In this document: positions 28,483 to 43,492 of the stretch, in pieces | Position numbering within the stretch: position 1 is the stretch's first letter | How the letters are laid out: each line of letters begins with the position of its first letter | Assembly (NCBI RefSeq): GCF_009914755.1 | Contig: NC_060931.1 | Length of the DNA: 64,000 nt | Source: the human T2T-CHM13v2.0 reference genome, Homo sapiens | Direction: 5' to 3' (one strand) | The notes under the pieces: generated by a model | Told to the model about the DNA's origin: nothing | The model's database searches: none | What the model saw: the letters and a program-made list of their open reading frames with translations, nothing else | Program-made: the position numbers and the translations under genes

Positions 28483-30141
28483 GTAAGTGCAGCGTTTTTC
28501 TTTGTTCGAATTAAATTAGAATTGCTTCTGGAGTGACGATAAGCCAGGTGGATTCCCTGTATTTGGACCATGAACTAGACTGATTGCTAAGCATTTCTTC
28601 CAGCAAGGTTATAAATCACCTGTTGTTTTTAGCCTCACTGTTCATTGATTCCTTTCCTTGAACCGGAGCCTTGCATTTACCAGATAAGAAAATGCTTGCA
28701 CAAGCATGGCCAGCATGCTGTCGAATCGGGGCTTCCATGCAGAAGGCTTTGTTGTGCAGGCCATACGTAGGTACGGGTCTGTCCTGTGCACCATCCTGCT
28801 GCCATTGTGTCCCACTGTAGACAGAGCTGGTGTTGCAATCCCTCGTTCTGGGCTCTACTGGAGCAGGCCTGATTCTGGGTCTGCCACCCTCCTGGGATTG
28901 AAACTTGTCAGCTGGGGGCCCAGTTGCTGACGTCTCCTGATGCCTGGTGCAGGCAGTGGCCACCCTTGCCCTCAGCAGACTGCGTGCTGGGGTTTTGAAA
29001 GACCTTCCTTGGACCAGTCACATCTGGCAGCCAAGTTCTGCTGAATGTCGGGCCAAGGCCATACCAACAGCGTTGGCTTGTAACGTGCATGTTAGGAAGC
29101 AAAGATGAGCAAGCTAGCCAAACCTCCTTGTACAGAGGTTTGCCCTCCTGGGACTTAGTCACATTGGCCACAAGGCTCCTGAGGGGCTGCCACTGTCCCC
29201 CTTTCTCCCCCACAGAATGTGCTGTGTTTAGAGATAGGACATGTCGGGCTGGGATCTGAGCTGCAGAAGCCAACAGACGTTGCAGGCCCAGAGAGAGCAC
29301 ATCTATTGCATGGCATCGATATCCTACCCCTCGTTTTCCTCCGCTGCCCATGGATACATTGTACTACTCATCAGCCATCAGATTGAAAGCTAGAATGTGC
29401 CCTATTTGCAAGTGATGGAACTTCCCCTCTTGCCATTCACCTGGCACATCCTCCCTGAGATTTTCACGCCCAGACTGTGCAGGAAGGGTCGGCTTCTGCA
29501 GACAACTGACCATGGGCACAGGAAGTCTCCTCTTTCGAAGAGGGAAGGGGAGGAGGGAGTCCGGTGTCAGGAGAGCCCAGGATGTGATGCTTTTCAGGGC
29601 CACTGACCCACCCGAGTTTCCTTGGACCCCAGACACCTAGCATCCCTGCCCTGTGAGGGTGTGGGAGGAGTACAGTGAGATGGAGCCAAGTTCAAGTTCA
29701 CCTCTTGTCTAGCCTCACTCCAGGTGGTCAGGGAGGGGCGCTGAGATCAGTGTGAGAGGAAGGGGCAGTGAGCTCTGTTCAGCAAGGCAGCATCTTTTCA
29801 GAGAAGGTGACAGTGAAGAGTCTTGAGGGAAAATGTGGATGCTCCCTTAATGAAGGAGGGGAGAAGAGGGCACCCTGATTGGGGGCTGGCTTGTGCAGAG
29901 TCCTGAGGGGCATTCTGAGGACAGGGCAGGGCTGGGCAGGACAGAGCCAGGCGGTAGTCACACGAGCTGAGGCCGGTGAGACTTGCCATGCCTGGCAGCA
30001 GTTAGGGGGACCCACTGGAGGTGGGAGAAAACTTGGGAGCCTGTTGCAGACACCTGGTTAGGGAGAGAGGTTAAGGTAGGAGGGGCAGGGGGAAGGAGGG
30101 TGGGCATGGGGGATTTTGGACGCTACTCCCTTTGGAAGATC

Positions 30142-30299
30142 CCTGTGGGGAAGAAAAGGTCTTGAGATCCAGTTGTAAAGTCACTGTTTACTTTTCTAAT
30201 AAACAGTGGAAAAGATCAGCACCTTTTACTTTTCCAGTAAATAGTGGAAAAGTAAACTGACTTTACAACTGGATCTCAAGACCTTTTATTCCCCACAGG
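30142..30299. repeat. Long near-perfect inverted repeat (53-bp stem, 50-nt spacer with nested stems)
   Basis: 30142-30183 pairs with 30258-30299 at 41/42. After a 2-nt bulge, 30186-30196 pairs with 30247-30257 at 11/11. Confidence 0.95.
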
Positions 30300-31164
30300 A
30301 ATTTTTGTGGGCAGTCACACCCCATTGATAGCCTGGGCCAAAGTTCCACAGCAGCCTGTTTGGGAAAGCCCACTTCATCTTTCTGCTGGGCACTGGAGCT
30401 TCTGGTCTGCAATGCCCTTGCAGTCTTGTCTGGGCTGTCCACTAGGCTTGTCCCCTGGACTGTGCAGCCAGTATTGTGTCCTGGGCCTGCTCCTTGCTTC
30501 CCACCCCTTCAGCAGGAAGCTGGTCATCTTGGGAACTTTTTTCTGGAGGGTCCCGCTTGGCCCCACCTGGGCCTTTTCTCTCTCACCGTGCTTGGAGCTG
30601 ATGCTGGGCCCTCCACTCCTAGCATCTGATTGTCTTCCTGGCAGTCCTGAGATGAGCACCTTTGTCTGTGAGGGGACAGGACCCACGTTGGGTCAGCCCA
30701 GGCCCTTTGCAGTCCTGCTGTAGACTCCCTGCGGCTCTAGTTCTCTTATGAGGCACCTTATTTCAGCCCAGTTGCTTTGCAGTTTCTTCCTTTGATAAAG
30801 AAGTGCTGGCTCCTAGGAGAGGCTGAAGGTGTCACGGAGAGCTGCCTGCTGCTCATGGTGCTGGGCTGTCACCCTGGTCCCAGGCCTTGGCTTCTGCTGT
30901 TCCTTTCTATCTGTGCCACTGTCCAGGGTGTATGGGCGGGGGCTCTGGGCCTGTTTCGAGGCATCGTCACATGCTCTGTCATCTCATGTTTCCATGTTCC
31001 AAGTGGCTCCTTGAAACCTACTTGGCTCTTTTGCCAGGACACTGATTCATGCCTGGGATGCTGGCTTACATACTTTTATCAAGAAGAATGCACACACGCA
31101 TCAGAGAGTGGGTGACGTACGTGGTGGAGATGCCTGATGGGTCAAGTGGAGTGAGAGATGTATT

Positions 31165-31470
31165 GAGATGTGTGTGCCTGTACATATGTGTGTGAGTGTG
31201 CACATATGTGAGCATGCATGTGCACACGTGTGTACACATGAATATGTGAACATGGGTGTGCATGTGTGGGAATGTACATGAGTGAGCCTGTGTGCCTGCA
31301 AATGCATATGTGTGTTATGTGTGTAGATGTGTTACATGTGTGAGTGCTTACATGAACACACGTGTGTACATGTGTGTAGGTGAGCATGCATGTGGTATAT
31401 ATATGAGTATGTGCATGTGTGTGTACCTGTGTGAGTGTGCATCTGTACATGCATGTATGTGCCTGTGTGT
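31165..31470. repeat. Degenerate (TG)n / CATG-rich alternating purine-pyrimidine tract
   Basis: About 300 nt of tgtg, catg and cacg words. Confidence 0.9.
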
Positions 31471-31808
31471 CCCCTGTGGGTCACCACCTTTGGTTGGGAA
31501 CATTCTCTTGGAGACCTTTGGCAGCACAGAACACAGTCACCTCATGAGAAATGGGGACTGAGCTGACATGGTTTTGTGTCAGGGGAGTCTGTCCTCTTGA
31601 CTTCCCATGTGTGCACGGATGTGTGCATTGCAGACACCTGCTGAAGCACAAAGCCCTGCACTCTGCTATTTGCTTCTCCCAGTGACCATGCAGGATTGTG
31701 GTGTTAACCCATGTCCAAGAGAAGGAGATTGAGGGTCAGGGAGAACCAGCTACTTCCTAGAGGCTTGGTGGCTCTGGACCTACCAGCCCCTAATGCGAGG
31801 CTCTCTGC

Positions 31809-32012
31809 CTGGGGTTAGCTGACGAGGTCTGTGAAGGGCAGATAGTAAATATTTCAGGCTCTGTGGGTTACGTATCGTTTCTGTTGCAGCAACTCAACTC
31901 TGCTCTTGGAGCACAGAAGCAGCCACAAATACGTAAACAAATGGGTGTGGCTGTACACCAGTAAAACTTTACAAAACAAGGAGTGGTCCACGGCCTCAGC
32001 GTGCCAGCCTCT
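31809..32012. mobile_element. MER58A-like hAT-Charlie MITE
   Basis: Words agggcagatagtaaatattt, caactcaactctgc, gcagccaca, aatacgtaaacaaatgggtgtggctgt. Confidence 0.8.
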
Positions 32013-33789
32013 GCTCTAAACCGTGACACCCAAACAGTGTTACGTTTAAAGACATCCATACGCCCTGTGTTTGCCATGTGCCTGCCCAGCAGCTGAGCAG
32101 TGGCTGATGTGTTGGCCTCTGGGCGGTGGAGTGTCCTGGGAGTCAGCCCCGTGGAGCCTCCAGGTTGTGCTGCTGGCCGCCTTTGTTCTTGGGGACGCTG
32201 TTTCTGGGTAGCAGGGCTGACAGTGCTGGCAGAGGTTAGGATATCATTACAGCTGCAAGATGCCTTCATGCAGCCCTTGAATTCTGCCAGCTGAGAGCTC
32301 CACGTGCCCACGAGGAGCACAGCAGAGAGAAATGAAGCAGCAGTCCCTGCAGCAGCAGAAATAGCATCACCCCCGATAACTACAACTCTGGTGTAAATTG
32401 GCTGCTCAGTCCCCAGCAACATTTGAGTTTGAGCTGAAGAGAATATTTTCTAGTTTCTAGGAACACATTATTGTAAATGGGATCCATTTGGGCATGAAGC
32501 CCTTGACCACATGGGAGCAGAGGGGAGCTCGATTAGGGATCTCACCAGCCAGGCAGGAAGGAGGACGGGGCCTTGCCCTAGTGCACTAATGCCACCACAG
32601 AGTGACAGCCTTGGGGTGCAGAGGGCTGGGCAGTGTGTGGGTGGGGGCACATATTGACCAGCAATTGTTTTATAGCACTAGAGGGCCAGAAGGAGATGCT
32701 CCAATGTGAGCAGATGCAGGCACAAGGGGCTGGACCTGTTTCTTCTCTTGACCCCTGCCCTCAAAATCAGGGTAGAACTTTAAGAGCCTTAGTTGAAAGT
32801 CTTGAGTTTGGCTGCACTATGCAACATGAGGAGACAAAGGCCAAGTTGTTGACCTCACAGAAGTCTTTGTAACATCCTGGCCAGCACATGATGTCATCTT
32901 CATTCTAAGAGTGAGCAGAATGAGGCTCATGTGGTAAAACAACATCCCCAGAGCCACAGCCAGGATTGGAAGCGGTGTCATTATGGCTCCGAAGCCTGTC
33001 TCCCTAGAAGAGAACTCCTACTCATCCTTGAAAGCCCCAAAGGCCATCTTTTCTCTAGGTCTCTGCCCACTGGGCCTCTGACCTTTCACCAGCCTTCTGT
33101 GGAACGGGTGCATCCTGTCCAGCTAACCCTACTCATTCATCACTGTGTGTGTGGCTGTTTTCCAGGGAGGGGTTGGCCTGTGGACAGCCCATACACATGT
33201 CTGAGTTGGCACTGAGTCCCAGCGCTGACCATGGAGCCTGGCACACAATGGCTATCCCCGCCTGTTTAAGTGGGACAGTGCCATGCCAGTGTGTCCTCTC
33301 CGATGGATTCTAGACTCCTTGGCCTGTTACCTGAAGCTGGGGGACCTCTGATGGCGCCCACATATGAGAATGGCCAGAGGAGGGGCTGGGGTGGCCTACA
33401 ACAGGCACTTTTTGGCCAGCAGGAGCCTCATTTGGGGAAGCTGAGTTGGGCTGGGAGCAGGGTCAGTACCTGGGACAGCTGGCTTTGGGTTTCCTTAGGG
33501 CTCAACTATCTGTGCATGATGGCTCTGAAGAGCAGGGGCCACTTCTTACCCTCCCCATAGCTGTAAACAGGCTCCAGAATCCACTCGTGGGGAGATGCAT
33601 CTGCAGAGCAAGCCCAAGTCTGACTGGCTGTCACCAGGTGGTAGTGAGTGTCCTGTGGGGTTGGAGGGAGGATACCAAGCTCCCCAAGACCCCCGGCGCC
33701 CACTTCGCATATGCACAGCCATGGCTGAGCATGAGGCTGCCCCTGGCAGGCTCCTGGTGGGGAGGTTCTTTGCTATTTCTCAGCACATG

Positions 33790-33940
33790 ATTGAGAAGCA
33801 ATTGTCATGTCACCTGGGACACCTTAAGGTGGATTCTTAGGCCAGATCCAGAACCACTCATCAGAGTCTTAGGGATAAGGAATCTGCATTTTGCTAACTG
33901 CCCTGGATTTTGCAGGCCAGAGGCTGAGAGCCACTCTCTA
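33790..33940. mobile_element. MER5-like hAT fragment
   Basis: Words tcacctggga, atcagagtct, ggaatctgcatttt, tgagagccact; highly diverged. Confidence 0.45.
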
Positions 33941-34689
33941 AAGCTTGTGCTCGTATACAGGCCACTAGGCCTCAGAGGTGGGTCTCTTGGCATTCTCCAC
34001 TCTGACCCCATGGGTTTTCCTCACACCCCAACCTTCCAGCCAAGTGAGCCTCTCGCTTTCCCTGCCTGAAGACCTCGGTTTCCGCCATCCATCTCCATGC
34101 TCCTGCCCATGCTCTAGCCCCTCCAGACCCCTGCACAGTTTGTAATGGACAGAATGGAAACACATCTTTCTTCACACAGCAGGGAAAGTGTTTCCCTGTC
34201 CTGGGATCCTTGCAGAGTGACCTGCCCAGACTCTATCAGGGGTGGAGGGTGAGCGGTTTCTGGAGGAAGGGGAACATGGGGAGTATATGAGGAGGCACCC
34301 CTGCCCTTCCCCAAGGCAGGACATCCCATGGGCTGTGTTTTGGTGTCTTTAGGAAAATTATTAAGAAGAGTTCTCGAATATGTGTGGATGACTTTTTGAA
34401 TACAAAGGGAATCTGTCAATTTTCCTAGGAAAGGTTTACATAATACTCTGTCTTCTGCAACCTGGCATGCTTCTTTCTTCCAACAAACTGCACCACGTGT
34501 GGCCTAACTAGTGCCTGCCTTCCGATAATGCGTGTGAGTTCTGTGGTTCAGTACCTCTGGGATATGTTACACCTCACCGGGATTTCTGCAGCAGCTCCTC
34601 ATGGGGTGAGCATGAGGAGCTCTTCTTCCTGTTTCAAACCTTTCCTCAGCTTCCCACTGTCCTAGGTGGCACAGAGGGCTCCTTACTTT

Positions 34690-36071
<1,382 letters not shown>

Positions 36072-36084
36072 AGTGCTATAACTG

Positions 36085-36664
36085 TGTGTTGGTTTCCCAA
36101 GGCTACTGTGGTGAATTACCACAAACTTGGTGGCTTGAAACAACAGAAACTTCTTTGAGAGCAGTTTTGGAGGCCCGGATTCTGAAATCAGTATTGCTTG
36201 GCCAAAATCCAGATATTTGCAGAACGATACTCCATCCAGAAGGTTCCAAGGGAGAATTTGTCCCTTAACTCTTACATCTTCTGTTGGCTGTTGGAATTCC
36301 TTGGCTTGTGGGCCAGTCTCCCTCTGTCTTCATATTGCTGCGTGTTCCTCTTCATTCTTCTGTTTTCTCTCACTCTCTGCCTTTTCCCCCTCCCTCCCTC
36401 TCTCTTTCCCTTTTTCTGTATGTGTGTAAAATTTCCTCCTGCCTCATTTTTATAAGGATACAGGTCATTGTATTCAGGGCTTATCTGGATAATCCAAGAT
36501 GGTTTCCCTATTTTAAGATCCTTAATTTATTACATTAGAAAGATCTTTGTTTTTGTTTGCTTTGTTTTGTGCTTTGCCATGTAAGTTTGCATTTACAGAT
36601 TCCAGAAATTTGACTGTGGGTATCTCTGGGGGTCTCGGGAGGCATGGAATTTCAGCCTACCACA
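36085..36664 (-). mobile_element. MaLR solo LTR (MLT1D/E-like)
   Basis: TG...CA ends with 5-bp TSD aactg/cactg. Words ttaccacaaacttggtggctt, ataatccaagat, aagatccttaatt. Confidence 0.8.
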
Positions 36665-38301
36665 CACTGAGAGCAGCCATCCAAAATCTCTCTGGATTTC
36701 AGTCTCCTTATTCAAAAATAAGACTAAATATGACTATTTTGGTTGGTTAGTGAGAAGTAAAATAATGGAAAGTAAAATAATAAAAGGTCTAAAGCATCTA
36801 GCACAGTGCCTAGGACAAGGTTTACACTCAATATATGGTAATTATCATTGTTACCAGGAAAGCTGTGATCAGTGGGGTCAGTGTTGTTAAAACTATGCAG
36901 GTATTTGAAAATCCAACTTGAAAATCATTGAGACCCTCTAACATAAAGATATGATAAACTCATTTTAAAAATCCCATCAAGTTCTTAGATAACCAGATAA
37001 CATTTGATGCTAGAAATTGTCCATTTATCAGCTTTGTCTGTTTTAGAGAATTGTCAAATAACGTTGTCCTTATTAGCATTATAATGCAACCGGATTCCAT
37101 TTTAACTCTGCAAATGTCCTCTCATTCTGCTATGTGCAGGAAACTGCTAATCACTGGTACGGGCATATGTAAGGAGAATACAATCTGTGACTTAGTCTGC
37201 CTCACAATCCAGCAGGGGAACAAAAGTTTTCCTTAAATACTTGTTTTACAGAGCACATACTATATCACAAGTAAATTGAGTACTATTTCACTTATTCTCA
37301 ATTTTATAAGCTCTGCATCCAAACTTGAAAACAAACATCATCCACAAAAAGTCAAAGCATTAGATGCAATTATCAGATTAATGTTTAATAAGGTGAAAAC
37401 ACAACATAGTGTATTCATAATTTTTGTGCGCATGTGAATTCTGTAGCTTTACAAATACACATTGTCCTAAGGAAAACTCACATGAGAAAGATACACAAAT
37501 AATCACAATCATTTGTTTCATTTGCCAGCTATCTAAGCCAAGCCTGCATATCTCTGCATCTCAGAGTAAGGTTGCAAAGTAAATAAATATATACCTACAA
37601 AAAATAAAGTAAAAATCTTTGCCTAACCAAAGTCAGATTTTCTCCTGTGTTTTCTTCTAGGGGTTTTATAGTTTGAGGTTTTACATTTAAGTTTATAATA
37701 CATTTGGAGTTAATTTTTGTGTATGTTTCGAGGTATGGGTCAAAGCTGGATTTTTTTTTGTTGTTATCTTGATATCTAATTGTCCCAGAATCATTTACTG
37801 AAAAGACTATCATTTCTCTACTGAATTCCCTTTCCAAAATGTTAGAAAAATCACTTGTCCATATGTAGTTGAATGTATTTCTGGATTTTAAAAAATTCTG
37901 TTCCATTAACCTATGTGTTTATCTTGACATCAAAAACCACACACCCTGGCCCTGTAGTTTTATAATGTATAGTCTGGAATCAGGTCCTGTGCTTTATCCA
38001 AGTTTATTGTTCTTTTTCAAAGTGATTTTTGGCTATTCTAGGTGCTTTGCTTTTCCATGTGAATTTTAGAATCAATTTGTCAGTTTCTGTAACAAAGGCT
38101 GGTGGAATTTTGTTTGGGATTTGTGTTGAATCTATGTTACCAATCTTCGGAGGATTAACATTTAAAAAATAGTCTTCTGATTCACGAACACTGTATGTTT
38201 ATTTAGATTTATTTAGATATTCTTTAATTTTTTCTCAGAAAAAATGTATAGAAAAAATTCTATACATTTCTCAGAAATGTATAGTTTTCAGTGTATATGT
38301 A

Positions 38302-38607
<306 letters not shown>

Positions 38608-38649
38608 AATGTATATGTGTTTTATATATTTTATCAGATTTATTCCTAA

Positions 38650-38976
<327 letters not shown>

Positions 38977-39213
38977 TAATTTCTGATTGTTCATTACTGG
39001 TATAGCAAAATACAGTTGACCCTTGAACATCACGGATTTGAACTGTGTGGATCCACTTATACATGGATTTTTTTCAATAAATATATTGGAAAATATTTTG
39101 GAGATTTGTGATAGTTTGGAAAAACTCACAGATGAACTGCGTAGCCTAGAAATATTGAAAACATTAAGAAAAGTTTGAGTATGCCATGAATACATAAACG
39201 ATTATACATGTAT

Positions 39214-39627
<414 letters not shown>

Positions 39628-40336
39628 ATAGATACTAGCCTATTTATATGTTAATCAACTGTTAATGTTATTGGTAAGGTTTCTGCCCAATGGTAGGCTA
39701 TTGGTAGCTATGTTTTTGGGGGTAGTCAAAAGTTATACATGGATTTTCAACTGTGTGGGGGGTTGTCACTCCTAACCTGTGTTTTGTTCAAGGGCCAACT
39801 GTACAATTGAGTTTTTGTATTGATAAACTGTACTGAAACTCCGCTGAGCTCACTCATTTCTGGTAGGTTTCCGTATACATACGTTTTCTACATAAATCAT
39901 CATGTTGTTTGCAAATGAAGACAGATTTTCTTCTGCCTTTCCCGCTTGGGTGCCTTTTATTTGTGTTTTCTTGCCTTCTTTTACTGGCTAGAACCACCAG
40001 TACAATGTTGAATAGAAGTGTCAAGAGCAGGCATTCTTGTCTTGTTCCCAACAGTAGGGGAAGGCATTCTGTCTTGCATCATTAAATATATTACCAGTTG
40101 GATTTTTTGTGGATACTTTTTATCAAGTTGAGCAAGTTTCCTTTTATTTCTAGTTTGCTGAGTTTTTTTTTTTTTTTGATTCAGGAATGGATGTTGAATT
40201 TTGTCTAATTCTTTTGCATCTATTGGAAGGATCATATGGTTTTTCTTTTTAGTCTGCTCATATAATGAATTACCTTGATTGATGGTAGGATATTTAAACA
40301 TCCTTTTGTTCCTTGGACAAGCCCTACTTGGACATA

Positions 40337-40554
40337 AAGATGGTCCCCGACTTATGATAGTTTGACATATGCTGTTTTGACTTTAAGATGATGGGAAAAT
40401 GATACACATTCAATACAAAGTGCCTCCCTCTCGTGATGCTGGGAGGCAGCAGCAAACCACAGCTCCTGATCAGTCATACAGTTTTGACTTTCAATATTTT
40501 CAACTTACCATACATTTATGGGTTGTAACCCCATCAGAAGTTGAGGAGGATTTG
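40337..40554. mobile_element. Tigger5/MER47-type DNA transposon relic
   Basis: Ends agatggtccccgacttatga and gtaaccccatcagaagttgaggaggatttg, flanked by TA. Confidence 0.7.
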
Positions 40555-41905
40555 TATTGCATTATCCTTATTTATTGTTGGCTTTGCTTTTCTAAAATTT
40601 TGTTTAGAAAATTTTTCATTTATGTTCCTTAAAGATATTAGTCTGTGGCTTTCTTATTCTGTACATGGTGTCAAGATAATGCTTAACTCATAGACGAGTT
40701 TGGGAACATTTCCTTTTGTTGAATTTTTTGGAATAGTTTTTGTAGAAATGGTATTCTTTCTTTCTTAAATGTGTAGTAGAATTTACCAGTGAATCCATCT
40801 GGACCTGATATTTTCTTTGTGGAAAAGTTTTTAACTACAAATTTAATTTCTTTAAATAGAGCTAGTGAGGTCAGTTTTTTTTTTTTTCCTTAAATAAGCT
40901 TGGTGGTAGTTCTTCATAGTATTTCCTTGTTTTCCTTCTAATATCTGTAGAATCTATAGTGATGTCACCTCTTTTATCCATGGTTTTGGTAAGTTTTGTC
41001 TTCTCTTTGATCATTTTGGCTACAAGTTTATCAATTTCATTGAGTTTTTAAAAAATAACTGCTTTTCATTTGATTGATTTCTCTATTTTTTCTATTTAGT
41101 TTCTTTTCGTATCTGTATTATTGTTTTTCTTCTGGTTATTTTGGGTTTAATTTGTTCTTCTTTTTGTAGTTTCTTAAGGTGGATGCCAAAGCCATTAATT
41201 AAACATTTTTTATGTCTTTTAATATAAGAATTTATTGTTGTAAACTTACCTGAAAGTATTACTTTAGCAGTATCCCACAGTTTCTGGTATGTTGTGTGTT
41301 TTTCTAATTCTGTTCAAAATACTTTCTAATTTCTCTTGTTTTTTTTTTTTTTTTTTTTTTTTTTTTTCCAGACCCATGGGTTATTTAGAGATGTGATTCA
41401 GGGATATTTCAAAGATCTTGTTTTTTACTTCTAATTTAGTTCTTTTGTGGTCAGAGAACATACTTTTTATTATTTGAAGCCTCTTAAATTTATGGCCCAG
41501 AATATGGCTTACTTTGGTGGTTTAGTGCTCTGATTTTGTAGAATTCTGTTGTTAAGAGTGTGTTCAGTAAGTACCAATTAGGTCAATTGGTTGATAGAAT
41601 TGTTCATGTCTTCCATATCTTTATTGATTTCCTGGCTACTTGTTCTCTCAATTATTGAGAGAGGGGTATTAAAATCTCCAACATAATTGTACATTTTTTC
41701 TTTCAGTTCTATTTTTACTTCATGTATTCTTAAACTGTTATTCAATTTTTAAATATTTGTAATGGTTATGTCTTCTTGATAAATTGACTATTTTATTATT
41801 AAGAAATGACCTTCTTTATTCTGGTAATATTTTTTGCTTTGTAATCCCATTTGTCTGATATTAATAGAGCCATTTCAACTTTCCTTTGACTATTGTCAGA
41901 AAGAA

Positions 41906-42244
41906 TAGTTGTCACTCAATACTTACAGGGCATTGTTCTAAGACTACCAATGGATACCAAAATCTGGATACTCAGGTCCCTTATAAAAAATGGCATAGTA
42001 TTTGCATATAACCTTTATACACATCCTCCTCTATATTTTAAGTCTTCTCTGGATTACTTATAATATCTACTACAGTGTAAATGCTATGTAAATAGTTGTT
42101 ATGCTGTATTGTTTGGGGAATAATGACAATAAAAAAAGCTGTACATGTTCAGTATAGATGCAACCTTGATAGGCCTAACTACATTCTGTCATCTGCAGTT
42201 GGTTGGATCCATGGATGCAGAACCCATGGATGTGGAGGGTCTGT
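41906..42244. mobile_element. MER2 (Tigger family)
   Basis: Words ggataccaaaatc, aaaatggcatagtatttgcatataacct, gtaaatgctatgtaaatagttgttat, catggatgcagaacccatggat. Confidence 0.85.
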
Positions 42245-42270
42245 GTCTTATTCCATCCTTTTATTTTTAG

Positions 42271-42609
<339 letters not shown>

Positions 42610-43178
42610 TAGTTTTGCTTTTATTTTTTCTACCTAAGATGACAATCTCTGCTTTCAATTGGAGTGTTTGGACTGTTTGCATTAGTGATGTGGTTAGGTT
42701 TGGTCTGTTACCTTGCCATTCGCTTTTTGTCTCATTTGTTCTTTGTTCCCTTTTTTGTTTTCTTTGGCCATTTTGCTAATTTATTATGTTTTATGATTTC
42801 ATCTCACTGCCTTTATTGGCTTACTAGTATAATTCTTTGTTTTGTTATTTTTGTGGTTGCTTTAAAGTTTATAATAGGTATTTTAACTTTTAGCAGTCTA
42901 CCATCACATGATTTATTAATTACAGCATAAGAAACTTACAATTATATACATCTGTTTCTTCCTTCTTGGCCTTTATGACATTGTTCCCATACATTTTACT
43001 TTTTCTAGTGTTATAAACTCCATTTTACATTTTATTTACACAGTCAATTCTCTTTCAAAGCAATTTAAACAGTAAAAATATCTGATCTGTTTATTCATGT
43101 AGTAACTATTTCCTTTGCTTTTCATTCATTTATGCAGTCTATTTCTTTGTGTTTTATGTATCTGCCTAAATTTCTTTT

Positions 43179-43492
43179 GGCTGGGTGTGGTGGCTCATAC
43201 CTGTAATCCTAGCACTTTGGAAACTGAGGTGGGAGGATCACTTGAGGCCAGGAGTTTGAGACCAGACTGGACAACATAATGAGACCCCATTTCTACTGAA
43301 AAAAAGAAAAAACTTAACTGGGTGTGGTGGCACATACCTGTAGTCCTACTTATTTGGGAGGCTGAGGCAGGAGGATCGCTTGAGCCCAGGAGTTTGAGAC
43401 TGCAGCGAACTATGATCACATCACTGGACTCCAGCCTAGGTGATAGATTGAGACCCTATGTGTGAAAAGATAAATAAAAGAATTTTAAAAAA
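43179..43492 (+). mobile_element. AluJ element
   Basis: Words ggaggatcacttgaggccaggagtttgag and ggaggatcgcttgagcccagg. Confidence 0.9.

Noticed and set aside
34593-34621. 11-bp hairpin agctcctcatg/catgaggagct (and an 8-bp one near 62603-62619)
   Set aside because: Short isolated stems with no supporting context; too weak to call functional.
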